A DNA stretch of 49,815 nt from NCBI GenBank assembly GCA_002245135.1, contig NGBS01000625.1, positions 1 through 49,815 on the forward strand. The letters are read 5' to 3'. How positions within the stretch are numbered: position 1 is the stretch's first letter; every line of letters starts with the position of its first letter. Positions 31,662 to 45,800 of the stretch are shown piece by piece. Position numbers and translations under genes: made by a program. This DNA is from Proteromonas lacertae. Its lineage: Eukaryota. Below the pieces are notes generated by a model. That model made no database searches and had not been told where the DNA came from. It saw only the letters and a list, made by a program, of their open reading frames with translations.

Positions 31662-33601
31662 TTATTTATAATTAGTTTTAGTATTATGAATATTAGTTAA
31701 TCTTCTCTTTCTTGCTTCAACTTCCTGTGATATTTTATTCGGTTTATCTTCTTTAAATATTTCTTGAATAGCAGGTGTTTCCTCACTATTAAATAAAAAT
31801 AATGCATAAAAACAAATCATACAAATCATGTCTAATTTCACTCAATATTTTCTCCAAAGTTCTTGCATCTTTCTTAATTCTAATATCAGGTCTTGAAGTT
31901 TGTATTATTGATGTAAATTGAACAGTAATTGTACCAGAACTTTCTGATTGCATTCCATGTCTATTTAATGGATTAGAATCTCTGTCATAATAATTATTAG
32001 CAATATAATTAATATCTTGAATATAACCAGTTCCACCAATAAAAAATGATTTCATTTCATCTTCAATTGTGTTTACTGGTTTCCAAGTATGTATTTCAAT
32101 AAGATGATTACCTGAAGAACGAGGAAAATCCATTGTACCATAACCTTCCACACTATTTAATAATAATAATAATAATAATAATATATACTGAAATCTACCA
32201 AATATATCATATGAATGTATTTGAAATAACATTTGAGGCCAATGCCATGGATAACTCTCAGTTTCTGGTTTCTTGGTAATTAATGGAAATTCAATTAAAA
32301 AATTAATATTTCCATAATATTCTCCGCTTATTTTATCATCCTGTAAAGCAGTTGTATTAGTTAAACCATATAACCAATCAGGATTGATTTTCTATATATT
32401 ATTATTATTATTTAAATATATATATATACAGATGAATGACAATCAAATTTCCATTCTGCTGGTACAATTAAATAATATTCAATAAACAATTTCGATGCAT
32501 TGAATCCTTTTATTTGATCTATTAATATCATATTATATGTTCTATATATCCCTTCTTCTATACTCTATTATATATATTTATTATATTATACTCTATGCAA
32601 AGATAATTGCGTTCTTGATAATTCCTGTTGAAACTTTTGTTTTTCTTGTGTTATTTCGGTTCTTCTTAACTTTCTAATATCTTCAATATCTGCTTTTTCA
32701 TATAGATCTTCAGTTTCTATTGTATATCCATATATCGAACCAGATGGAGCAGTGAATGTATAAATTATTAAAAACTCACTTTCTCCTTTTTGTATGAATT
32801 TATCTGTAAAATCCATATTACTTTCATCTTCAAAGGATATTGTATGATTAAATTCAGGAGTTATTTCAAATTCATTTGTTCTTGTATAATACCTAATACA
32901 ACATAATATTTGTTCATGATATTGTAATGCTTTTACATCATTTTCCATTGATAATAAATCAGTGTTATTCACTTCTACAGCTGCCATGATGTAATACATT
33001 TTATATGGCATTTCTCTACGTAAATGACTTAATCCTGTTTTTGCTTTTTCATCCTCTTTTCTTCGTTCTAAATTGATTCTTCCTTCTGCAAATGGATTAA
33101 GTGTCGAATAAGGTGCTGTTGTTCTTTGTTTGAATCTCGATTCTGGAATATATCCATCTTTATCAACATAACTATATAAACAAACATGATTGGACATATA
33201 ATCTGAAGATAATGTATTCTTTGTTTCTTTATAGAGTTCAAGGTATTCTTTATCAAATGCATTATCTGCTTCTTCCATTTTATTATATGTGACTATTTCT
33301 GTTGGACTGAATTTCTTTTCTTGCCATTTAAATTCCTGTGAAAATGTCCTATTCATTGGTACTAGATTTTGATTGATTATAGGCTCTTCTTGCTTTGAAT
33401 CCATTTTTGATTCTAATTTTGTCTCATTCATGTCTTCATTCACATTAATTTTTGGTTGAGATAAACATTGCAGCTTTACTTTTATTTTTAGATTTAATAA
33501 CGGATCTGCCAAATGCAAAACTTCACCCTATCAATAGATAATATTATAAATAATACATCTATCTCTAACGCATTCCTACATTGTCTAGCATACTTGTGCA
33601 T
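31662..33601 (-). CDS. MKS1: Meckel syndrome 1 B9-domain ciliary transition-zone protein; introns 33528-33556, 32565-32591, 32392-32429, 32153-32188, 31786-31822
   Basis: N-terminal DPLLNLKIKVKL, MYYIMA, EQILCCI. B9 domain WPQMLFQIHSYDIFGRF.VEGYG...G.H...TWKP, then FFIGG and GMQSESSGTITV. Five GT..TAG introns restore one frame. Confidence 0.88.
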
Positions 33602-33628
33602 TTTTTATTTTTAAATTATGAAAAAGGA

Positions 33629-33640
33629 TCAAGCCAAGCC
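33629..33640. promoter_or_regulatory. Candidate core promoter motif TCAAGCCAAGCC in a 73-bp divergent intergenic gap
   Basis: This is the main GC-containing word between two divergent ATGs. Related words occur at 35531-35548 and 36754-36764, upstream of other host genes. Confidence 0.5.
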
Positions 33641-33674
33641 AAACTGTTTTTAAATTTATGTTTTGATTTTCTCA

Positions 33675-34872
33675 ATGATAGACTCATTTCATATTATACA
33701 CTCACCTGATCAATATTTATTGACATGTAATTATTCACAAGAAGATATAGATTATGGTTACATCAATGGTATTCTAGATTTTGTTAATCTTTTATATTAT
33801 AGATTGTACTAAATCATTATCTGCATTATTGGAAGCATCTAAAAGACAATTAGATAGCAGAACTGATATAAATAATAAGAAATATGAAAATTGTTGTTCT
33901 TTGTCGGTAGGTCAGAATTTATGTTGTGCTAATTTTGTAAAGGAATATATATTTATTGTTTTATGCCCAAAAACTCTTGGTACCAATTTAATATTCAACA
34001 AATTCATAGAATTAGTTAATTTATTAGAATTTTATTTTGGTGATTCAGATAGATGGAATTCAAGCAATTTATCATTCAAGCCATTCAAAAATCTAATACA
34101 AAAGTATTGGGAGAATAATCTACTAACATTCCTCAATGGAATTCCTCGATTTTTATTACCCAATAGTTTAATCGATTTATTAGACAGATCATTGAGTTCA
34201 ATTGAGGATATTGAATCAGAATCAAGTAATAGTGTGATTGGTTCAATGATAATGATGAATTCTCAATTATTACATTCTCGACTACCCATTCAAACATCAT
34301 TAACATTATATTACTCATTATTATTACACAAAGATGGATTATCAACAACACCAACCTATCAATTTATACCAGTATATATGAATAAACAGTGGTATCAATG
34401 CATATATTATTATTTCAAACAATTCACTTTAATATTTATAATATCAATGAGTATAGAATATGATATAATAATGAATGTAATTATCAATAAATTCCATCAA
34501 TCATTTGAACCAATATTATCATCATTACCAACAGATAAACCTGAATTGTCGTTGAGACAGTTTACTAGTGAAAATATCTTATGTTTTGTTTATATTTCAA
34601 CATCTAATTCATATATTATATCTCCACAGTTATTACCATCTACAATTAATGAACAACAGAATATAAAATTATCATTTAATTAATTTTTATTGCAGTTTAG
34701 TGATTTATCAAATACAAGTAATGGAGATTATATATTATCAAATAATAATTTATTATTTTATGTAAAGAAATCGAATGAATTTCAATTATATATTCTTGCA
34801 ACTATTGAAACTGAATTTCATTATATCCCAATAATAGCAAATGAAATAATTAAAAATATTAACAATATATAA
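33675..34872 (+). CDS. Tri-longin-domain Rab-GEF subunit-like protein (INTU/CCZ1/HPS4 or HPS1 type); intron 33769-33802; in-frame TAA at 34681
   Basis: LLEFYFG, GIPRFLLP..LIDLLDRSLSSIE...VIGSMIMMNSQLLHSRLP resembles the second longin domain of this family. The frame continues past the TAA to 34872. Confidence 0.55.
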
Positions 34873-34893
34873 ATTAAAAAATTATTATGATTA

Positions 34894-35513
34894 TTATTCT
34901 ATTATTCTATTGTTTGATGATATATATCTCCATGATTTAAATATTCTTTTCATTAACTTAACTTTATAAATACTTGAAAAACAATCAAGAACATACTAAT
35001 AAAATAATAATAGAACAAAATATACTTGAGTAGGAATCCATTTAGTTTTCCAAGCATTAAAACACATTCTATAATACTCTTGTTCAACCATCTATTAATA
35101 TACAAATATAAAAATGAATATCATACTTTATCATATGATTGAAAACAATGAGAGAGTTTAATCAATCCTTTTTTCATTCTTTCTCTTTCAAATTCTACAT
35201 ATGAAAAATCGGTTTGACTTGCTTCTACTCTTTGTTCTTTTATGAAATGATCTTGATGTTCTCTATGCAAGTCTGCAATAGCTCTATTAATCCAATCATA
35301 ATCTTCATCATATTCATATTTTTTGTTATTTGGAAATATTCTTTTTGACTCTATATCATCTTTATGGTTGTAAGAGTAAGTATTGAACAAAGAATGATCT
35401 TCTCTTTCTAATTTATGTCTCCTTGAGCTATCAGATGGTCTTAAATGAGTTCTTTTAGGTTTAGGTCGGTAATACGTAGGTAAATTTAATAATACAAGAT
35501 GGTTTACTTCCAT
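34894..35513 (-). CDS. Hypothetical protein; introns 35092-35126 and 34996-35025
   Basis: ATG follows an A-rich leader. Two GT..TAG introns extend the frame to TAA at 34894. C-terminal FNAW and FKSW motifs are reminiscent of centrin-binding repeats (weak). Confidence 0.6.
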
Positions 35514-35569
35514 TTTTATTTTTTGAATTTTCAAGCTTATCTCAAACTCAAATAAATAAAAAACGATTT

Positions 35570-36003
35570 ATGTCAGTCAGTAGAACAGATTTATCGTCAT
35601 TTCAAGAATCATTCAAACCAAATGAAGTGTCTTCATGGTTTTTAAATATATTAGGAAGAGTAGCAGAACCTTCTGATGTTTATCAGGTATAATATAAGTA
35701 TTAAATTATTTAGATATCTTCTCAGCTTTATAAACAAGGATTGTATTATAAAGCTATTACTGCATTAGAATTTTATGTATTGAATCAAATTTAATAGCCT
35801 AGATGACAATGCCAGGTCATGAAGCATGTGGAATTCATTTACTCGCATATTGTTACTATTCAATTGGTGATTATATTCATGCATTTCCCAATTTTAAGAA
35901 AGTAATTAATCGTATTTAACAGTTTTTCCATATTTAATATATAGAAGGATATGATCAAGATTGGCAATTAGCAGTAGATATTGCATGTGCTTTAGAATCA
36001 TGA
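35570..36003 (+). CDS. Small TPR-like protein; introns 35687-35713, 35777-35802, 35912-35944 (absent from the ORF track)
   Basis: The spliced frame reads MSVSRTDLSSF...LYKQGLYYKAITALEFY...HLLAYCYYQIGDYIHAFPNFKKVINQGYDQDWQLAVDIACALES*. Confidence 0.75.
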
Positions 36004-36093
36004 TAAAAATACCATACAAAAAAATAAATAATAATTTAAACTTTCATTCTCATAACTAAATTATTCTTTTTAATATATAAATATATTTTCGAT

Positions 36094-36622
36094 TTACATT
36101 ATAATACATCCATTATCTTGCTTATATTGAAATAAAAACTGTAATTGAGGTTCTGACATAACTCTTGAATCACCTTCAGGTGAGATAAGATGAACTGCTT
36201 TATCAGGTGTCATTTTCCCAATATTAATCAATGCAACTGCAACTAAAGTTGGCGCTCTTCCTATTCCTGCTGTACAATGAACTCCAAAAACATCATCTTT
36301 TTTTCTATTCTTTACCAATTCAAGAAATTCCTTGATTACACTATCTGGTGGACGTTTTCCGTCATCAAATTCCATAGCCTAGTTATTAATAACTTATAAA
36401 AAAAATACATGACATTTTATGTTGTTAGATTCGAAGAAATTAGGATCATATGTCTTTTCACAAGTACGAATTAAATGAGTAACACGTAGGTTTTGATATT
36501 CTTTCAAATACTTCTGTTCCATTCCAGTTGATGGAGCCTAAATATATATAATCAATAAAAAATAATACATCACTTATAACAAAATGAAGACCGTTACCAT
36601 CTATTGCTCTAATGTTAACCAT
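36094..36622 (-). CDS. PRL/PTP4A-type prenylated protein tyrosine phosphatase; introns 36538-36568 and 36379-36408
   Basis: FVISDAPS, RTCEKTYD, FDDG..PP, HCTAGIGRAP (CX5R), C-terminal CAAX box CIIM. Confidence 0.92.
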
Positions 36623-36857
36623 AATTAATAACTTTTAGATAAAGAAGTTCAAAGTACTTTAAGAGTGATTGAAATTTTATTGCATATATATCTCTATACC
36701 TATAAAGATAGTAATCAAGGAATAATCTTGATTTAAAAAATTTAAATGATCAACAAGCCAAGCTTACATCATAACGTTTTTTCTAGTAATTATCGAAAAT
36801 TTTCATTAACCCAAAAATATAAAAATAGTCAATTATAAGTAATTATATATTATAAAA

Positions 36858-39800
36858 TTAAGCAGTAATAGGAGGTGGAGGATTCTCTTCAGATATGCCT
36901 GAAGATGATGGAGGTGGTTCTGAATCTGGAGGATCTTCGTCATTATAATCATCTTTTTCTTCATCATCATCTAATTCTGGATGAACTATTTTCATTACAA
37001 CTTCTCTTAATTTAACTATCTGTTCTGACTGATGCATTGCTTGATCTGCAACAATTTCAAATTCTTTCATCAAATTGTCTTTTTCACTATGTAATTTTGA
37101 ATTCTCTTCTCTCAAGTATTTATTCTCTATAGCTATTTCTCTATGTTGCATTACTTCATCTACAACTTCATTAGTTGACGTTATATAAGTATTACCCATC
37201 TCTTGTAGTTTTGCTTCTGCTTCTTTTATTTTTTGTTTTAATATTTCAGGATGAGATGGATCATCAGATTTTAAATCAATATTAGAGATGAATTTCTCAA
37301 AGTCAGCTTTATTACTAAGAATACTATCTACACCAGCTACTATAGAATCTTCAATTGTAGAATCAGTTCCTGGTGGAGATAATAATGAATTACTTATAGA
37401 CATTGAATGTGATAATGAAATTGGTTTTCTATATGCTTCATCTAATTCTTCTTTTAACAATACATTATCAGTCATTAACGAATTAATTGTTCCTTCTAAA
37501 AAGTGTATTCTATCTTGATATTCTTCTTCACGAAGAGATAATTCTGTTGCAAATGTATTTGACAAATGATTGTAATATTTAATATAATCTTTAGCATCTT
37601 CTCTATTAATAAGTTCTTGTGGTAATGTCGGTAATTGAAGTGGTTCATATTCAATTGGTTGTTGAGTTGGGATATAATGTGATGTATTTTCATATATTTT
37701 ATCAGATGAATATATCAAATTAACAACTACTGGTTTTGCTCTAGTTAAAACTGGGATTCTTTTAATACTCTTTGTACTTTGTTGTTGAGCAAAATCCATC
37801 AATTTACTTAACATTTCATCATCATCATCATCTTCATCATCTTCATCATCATAATTACCACCATTAACATTTTTATTTTTATATTCATTTCTACTTTTAT
37901 TTTTATCATTTTCTTTATTATCTAATTCTTTTTGCACTTTCTTTGTATATTCTAATAATGGATATGATAAACCTTTTTCGTTCTTCAATTTCTCAAGTAA
38001 TGTTTTATGCTGCTCTAATAAATCTTCTTGAATAGCAATTCTCTTCTTCAGTTGTTCATTATCACGATATAATTTTACACCTGTTTCTTTAAACATAGCT
38101 ACTTGTTCTTCTAACTCCTGTAATTGTGAAATAGTAAATGTTATTGGTGGTTCATAATTGTATGTTGACTCATCAATACATGGTTCTAATGTAAGACTAT
38201 TATGATGATTATTACTTACATCTTCTTCTACTTCTACTTCACCATCTTCTTGATTAATAATTTCATTTGATTGATAACGCAAATTAACTTTAGGAGATAA
38301 AACTATTGGTGTATGAGTTTGTGCAACTGATAAATTCTGATTTTTTTGTTTTCTAAGGAATTCTGTGGTTGATAAGAATGATCTTTGGAAGTGACTTGGT
38401 GGTAGAATAAATTGACTTACTCCGAAATGTTTAGTTGAAAGAATAACTACCTTACGATTTGAACTTGCTTTAATAAATGCATCTACACTAGACATAATAT
38501 CTTCATCATTATCTGATCCAGAGCCACTTTCATCATCATTATCTAAATCATTAATATTTTTTGTCAACTTATTTCTATACATATCCAAATTGGGTATATT
38601 ATTTTCTTTACTTAATTTATCTAATTCATTTTGAATTTCTCTTAATAGATCAGATTGTTGAGTATTTTTTTGATTAAGAGATTTTATTTCTCTTTCATAT
38701 TTTATTATCTTTTGTAACCAATCTTGTATTTGATTCTCTAAATCATAAGTGTAAAAATCGACAATTGGATAAGTATTATAATCTAATTTCATTGGAATTA
38801 TTACTTGTTGAGTAATTGCAGATGAAGTGACTAAATTTGGAGGATTTTCAGTTATAATTATAGGGTTATCATTAATGATTGAATTATTTTGATCAGTATT
38901 TAGATTAACACTTTCGTTTACCATTAATCTCATTTGTTGAACAACTGGTTTTTCTTCTGGTTGAATTAGATCTAACTGATCATTTGAAATACCTCTATTA
39001 ATATTAGTATTTGGTAATATATTGATGGAGTGTGATTCTTTAAAAGTATTATTATAAATTTCATCACTAATTACATCAATTTGATCATTTAATGTGTTAT
39101 TATTTATATAATATACTATATCAATATTTGAATAATTCATTTCTTTCATATTTTCATCATTAGCATCATCATTAACGAATGATACCAATTCTAATAATTT
39201 TAATTCATTCTCAATTGCTTTAACACTATCATTTTCTCTTTCATCTTCTATTCTATACAACAAATCAATTGGCTTAAAATCTTCGTATTTCATATTATCT
39301 ACTTCAGTAATATTATATAAAATAAATTCATTAATTGGATATTTAATATTAGAAAGTCTTATTACTGGTTTATTTGTTGTTGCAGTTATTAAATTATTAA
39401 CTGCAGTCATAATATCATCTTCATTATCATCGTCATCATCATCTAAATTGAAACTCTCATTTTTTATTTCACTTAAATCATTCAAATTCTTTGACAATCT
39501 ATTACTATACATACTAAGAGCAGGGATTGTATTTTCTTTACATAATTTAGATAATTGTTCTTGTATATCTTTTAGTTCTTCATCTTCTTTATCCAAATAT
39601 GCTTTTAATCTATCTCTTTCTTTTTCTATTTTCATACACTTCTGTAATAATTCAGTTATTTCTTTTTGCATATCAGGAGCTAATAGATCTTCTAGATCAT
39701 TCATTACCAACTTGTTATTATCATCATAACATAAATTAACATTGTCATTTGTTAATAATAAATCATCATTTTGGGTATACATCAATTCACATTCGTTTTC

Positions 39801-42800
39801 AATTATACTATTCTCTGTTTCAATGAAAGTTAAATTTATATTTGAATATTTTATGATATTTCTATTCTCCAAAGATTCTAATGTCATTTTCTTCATTGTA
39901 TTTTCAATAATATCATTGATTAAAGTCATAGACTGGTCAATTATATCTCTATCCTTTTTACCATTAGTAATTATATTCATTAATGTTTCTCTATAACTTT
40001 CTATATTTTCTGTATCAATAAATGGTTTTAAAGAATCTACTATCAAATCCAATGTAGCTTCTTCAATCGCTACTTTCGGTAATAATTTTGCAATATTTTG
40101 TAATAATTTGCCTTTTTCTGCTTTTAGATTATTGAGCATCAAAGTAGATGAATATAATTCCTTATTAACATCTTTCAAATAATCATTTAATGTTCTACAA
40201 ATTTCATTAGGTATATTTGATTCAATCGCACGGCATAAATTAGGAATATCACAAATAAATTCAGTAAATTTTATTAAGTCATCATCAGTTGGTTTACTAA
40301 TATACTCATTCAATTTACTAATTTGAATATTAATTAGTTCTATTTTATTCTTCTTTAAAATAACATTCTTTTCAATTACATTAATATCACTTAGTCTTCC
40401 TTTAATTTCATACAAAATTTTAACAATATCATTATAACAACATTGTTTTATATTTAAGTTTTCTTTTAAATTACTCAATAATTTTAATGGATTCTTATCT
40501 AATTCATTCTTTTCATCTAATAAACCATCTTTCTCTTTATTCAGATCATTCAATTCACCTTCTAATTTCTTCAATTCATCTTCTACATCTTTCAAATCTT
40601 TCAATTTATCATCTTCGATCTTTCGTAAGATTGATTCCACTTCTTTCGCATTTTGATCTTGTAATGCTTTAAATAGATCAGGATTGTTATCTAATAACTC
40701 TTTATCTACATCACTTACCAAATCACTGTTCAAGTATCTCTTCAATTCATCTATTTCATTCTTCAATTTTTCTAATTCTTCTTCTTTTGAATTCTTCTCT
40801 CCTTCAACATTAGGAATCTTTTCGTCTTTCAACTCTTTTATTTCATTTAATAGTTTCACTATATTGTTGTAATCACTTTCTTTTACATCTGAGTTTTCTT
40901 TTAAATTACTCAATAATTTTAATGGATTCTTATCTAATTCATTCTTTTCATCTAATAAACCATCTTTCTCTTTATTCAGATCATTCAATTCATCTTCTAA
41001 TTTCTTCAATTCATCTTCTACATCTTTCAAATCTTTCAATTTATCATCTTCGATCTTTCGTAAGATTGATTCCACTTCTTTCGCATTTTGATCTTGTAAT
41101 GCTTTAAATAGATCAGGATTGTTATCTAATAACTCTTTATCTACATCACTTACCAAATCACTGTTCAAGTATCTCTTCAATTCATCTATTTCATTCTTCA
41201 ATTTTTCTAATTCTTCTTCTTTTGAATTCTTCTCTTCTTCAACATTAGGAATCTTTTCGTCTTTCAACTCTTTTATTTCATTTAATAGTTTCACTATATT
41301 GTTGTAATCACTTTCTTTTACATCTGAGTTTTCTTTTAAATTACTCAATAATTTTAATGGATTCTTATCTAATTCATTCTTTTCATCTAATAAACCATCT
41401 TTCTCTTTATTCAGATCATTCAATTCATCTTCTAATTTCTTCAATTCATCTTCTACATCTTTCAAATCTTTCAATTTATCATCTTCGATCTTTCGTAAGA
41501 TTGATTCCACTTCTTTCGCATTTTGATCTTGTAATGCTTTAAATAGATCAGGATTGTTATCTAATAACTCTTTATCTACATCACTTACCAAATCACTGTT
41601 CAAGTATCTCTTCAATTCATCTATTTCATTCTTCAATTTTTCTAATTCTTCTTCTTTTGAATTCTTCTCTCCTTCAACATTAGGAATCTTTTCGTCTTTC
41701 AACTCTTTTATTTCATTTAATAGTTTCACTATATTGTTGTAATCACTTTCTTTTACATCTGAGTTTTCTTTTAAATTACTCAATAATTTTAATGGATTCT
41801 TATCTAATTCATTCTTTTCATCTAATAAACCATCTTTCTCTTTATTCAGATCATTCAATTCATCTTCTAATTTCTTCAATTCATCTTCTACATCTTTCAA
41901 ATCTTTCAATTTATCATCTTCGATCTTTCGTAAGATTGATTCCACTTCTTTCGCATTTTGATCTTGTAATGCTTTAAATAGATCAGGATTGTTATCTAAT
42001 AACTCTTTATCTACATCACTTACCAAATCACTGTTCAAGTATCTCTTCAATTCATCTATTTCATTCTTCAATTTTTCTAATTCTTCTTCTTTTGAATTCT
42101 TCTCTCCTTCAACATTAGGAATCTTTTCGTCTTTCAACTCTTTTATTTCATTTAATAGTTTCACTATATTGTTGTAATCACTTTCTTTTACATCTGAGTT
42201 TTCTTTTAAATTACTCAATAATTTTAATGGATTCTTATCTAATTCATTCTTTTCATCTAATAAACCATCTTTCTCTTTATTCAGATCATTCAATTCATCT
42301 TCTAATTTCTTCAATTCATCTTCTACATCTTTCAAATCTTTCAATTTATCATCTTCGATCTTTCGTAAGATTGATTCCACTTCTTTCGCATTTTGATCTT
42401 GTAATGCTTTAAATAGATCAGGATTGTTATCTAATAACTCTTTATCTACATCACTTACCAAATCACTGTTCAAGTATCTCTTCAATTCATCTATTTCATT
42501 CTTCAATTTTTCTAATTCTTCTTCTTTTGAATTCTTCTCTCCTTCAACATTAGGAATCTTTTCGTCTTTCAACTCTTTTATTTCATTTAATAGTTTCACT
42601 ATATTGTTGTAATCACTTTCTTTTACATCTGAGTTTTCTTTTAAATTACTCAATAATTTTAATGGATTCTTATCTAATTCATTCTTTTCATCTAATAAAC
42701 CATCTTTCTCTTTATTCAGATCATTCAATTCATCTTCTAATTTCTTCAATTCATCTTCTACATCTTTCAAATCTTTCAATTTATCATCTTCGATCTTTCG

Positions 42801-45800
42801 TAAGATTGATTCCACTTCTTTCGCATTTTGATCTTGTAATGCTTTAAATAGATCAGGATTGTTATCTAATAACTCTTTATCTACATCACTTACCAAATCA
42901 CTGTTCAAGTATCTCTTCAATTCATCTATTTCATTCTTCAATTTTTCTAATTCTTCTTCTTTTGAATTCTTCTCTCCTTCAACATTAGGAATCTTTTCGT
43001 CTTTCAACTCTTTTATTTCATTTAATAGTTTCACTATATTGTTGTAATCACTTTCTTTTACATCTGAGTTTTCTTTTAAATTACTCAATAATTTTAATGG
43101 ATTCTTATCTAATTCATTCTTTTCATCTAATAAACCATCTTTCTCTTTATTCAGATCATTCAATTCATCTTCTAATTTCTTCAATTCATCTTCTACATCT
43201 TTCAAATCTTTCAATTTATCATCTTCGATCTTTCGTAAGATTGATTCCACTTCTTTCGCATTTTGATCTTGTAATGCTTTAAATAGATCAGGATTGTTAT
43301 CTAATAACTCTTTATCTACATCACTTACCAAATCACTGTTCAAGTATCTCTTCAATTCATCTATTTCATTCTTCAATTTTTCTAATTCTTCTTCTTTTGA
43401 ATTCTTCTCTCCTTCAACATTAGGAATCTTTTCGTCTTTCAACTCTTTTATTTCATTTAATAGTTTCACTATATTGTTGTAATCACTTTCTTTTACATCT
43501 GAGTTTTCTTTTAAATTACTCAATAATTTTAATGGATTCTTATCTAATTCATTCTTTTCATCTAATAAACCATCTTTCTCTTTATTCAGATCATTCAATT
43601 CATCTTCTAATTTCTTCAATTCATCTTCTACATCTTTCAAATCTTTCAATTTATCATCTTCGATCTTTCGTAAGATTGATTCCACTTCTTTCGCATTTTG
43701 ATCTTGTAATGCTTTAAATAGATCAGGATTGTTATCTAATAACTCTTTATCTACATCACTTACCAAATCACTGTTCAAGTATCTCTTCAATTCATCTATT
43801 TCATTCTTCAATTTTTCTAATTCTTCTTCTTTTGAATTCTTCTCTCCTTCAACATTAGGAATCTTTTCGTCTTTCAACTCTTTTATTTCATTTAATAGTT
43901 TCACTATATTGTTGTAATCACTTTCTTTTACATCTGAGTTTTCTTTTAAATTACTCAATAATTTTAATGGATTCTTATCTAATTCATTCTTTTCATCTAA
44001 TAAACCATCTTTCTCTTTATTCAGATCATTCAATTCATCCTTCTAATTTCTTCAATTCATCTTCTACATCTTTCAAATCTTTCAATTTATCATCTTCGAT
44101 CTTTCGTAAGATTGATTCCACTTCTTTCGCATTTTGATCTTGTAATGCTTTAAATAGATCAGGATTGTTATCTAATAACTCTTTATCTACATCACTTACC
44201 AAATCACTGTTCAAGTATCTCTTCAATCATCTATTCATTCTTCAATTTTTCTAATTCTTCTTCTTTTGAATTCTTCTCTCCTTCAACATTAGGAATCTTT
44301 TCGTCTTTCAACTCTTTTATTTCATTTAATAGTTTCACTATATTGTTGTAATCACTTTCTTTTACATCTGAGTTTTCTTTTAAATTACTCAATAATTTTA
44401 ATGGATTCTTATCTAATCATTTCTTTTCATCTAATAAACCATCTTTCTCTTTATTCAGATCATTCAATTCATCTTCTAATTTCTTCAATTCATCTTCTAC
44501 ATCTTTCAAATCTTTCAATTTATCATCTTCGATCTTTCGTAAGATTGATTCCACTTCTTTCGCATTTTTGATCTTGTAATGCTTTAAATAGATCAGGATT
44601 GTTATCTAATAAACTCTTTATCTACATCACTTACCAAATCACTGTTCAAGTATCTCTTCAATTCATCTATTTCATTCTTCAATTTTTCTAATTCTTCTTC
44701 TTTTGAATTCTTCTCTCCTTCAACATTAGGAATCTTTTCGTCTTTCAACTCTTTTATTTCATTTAATAGTTTCACTATATTGTTGTAATCACTTTCTTTA
44801 CATCTGAGTTTTCTTTTAAATTACTCAATAATTTTAATGGATTCTTATCTAAATTCATTCTTTTCATCTAATAAACCATCTTTCTCTTATTCAGATCATT
44901 CAATTCACCTTCTAAATTTCTTCAATTCATCTTCTACATCTTTCAAATCTTTCAATTTATCATCTTCGATCTTTCGTAAGATTGATTCCACTTCTTTCGC
45001 ATTTTGATCTTGTAATGCTTTAAATAGATCAGGATTGTTATCTAATAACTCTTTATCTACATCACTTACCAAATCACTGTTCAAGTATCTCTTCAATTCA
45101 TCTATTTCATTCTTCAATTTTTCTAATTCTTCTTCTTTTGAATTTTCTCTCTTCAACATTAGGAATCTTTTCGTCTTTCAACTCTTTTATTTCATTTAAT
45201 AGTTTCACTATATTGTTGTAATCACTTTCTTTTACATCTGAGTTTTCTTTTAAATTACTCAATAATTTTAATGGATTCTTATCTAATTCATTCTTTTCAT
45301 CTAATAAACCATCTTTCTCTTTATTCAGATCATTCAATTCATCTTCTAATTTCTTCAATTCATCTTCTACATCTTTCAAATCTTTCAATTTATCATCTTC
45401 GATCTTTCGTAAGATTGATTCCACTTCTTTCGCATTTTGATCTTGTAATGCTTTAAATAGATCAGGATTGTTATCTAATAACTCTTTATCTACATCACTT
45501 ACCAAATCACTGTTCAAGTATCTCTTCAATTCATCTATTTCATTCTTCAATTTTTCTAATTCTTCTTCTTTTGAATTCTCTCCTTCAACATTAGGAATCT
45601 TTTCGTCTTTCAACTCTTTTATTTCATTTAATAGTTTCACTATATTGTTGTAATCACTTTCTTTTACATCTGAGTTTTCTTTTAAATTACTCAATAATTT
45701 TAATGGATTCTTATCTAATTCATTCTTTTCATCTAATAAACCATCTTTCTCTTTATTCAGATCATTCAATTCATCTTCTAATTTCTTCAATTCATCTTCT

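Noticed and set aside
32153..32188. Poly-leucine stretch (YILLLLLLLLNS) in ORF 31789-32232
   Set aside because: It is an in-frame 36-nt GT..TAG intron containing a TTA microsatellite, and it interrupts the B9 motif.
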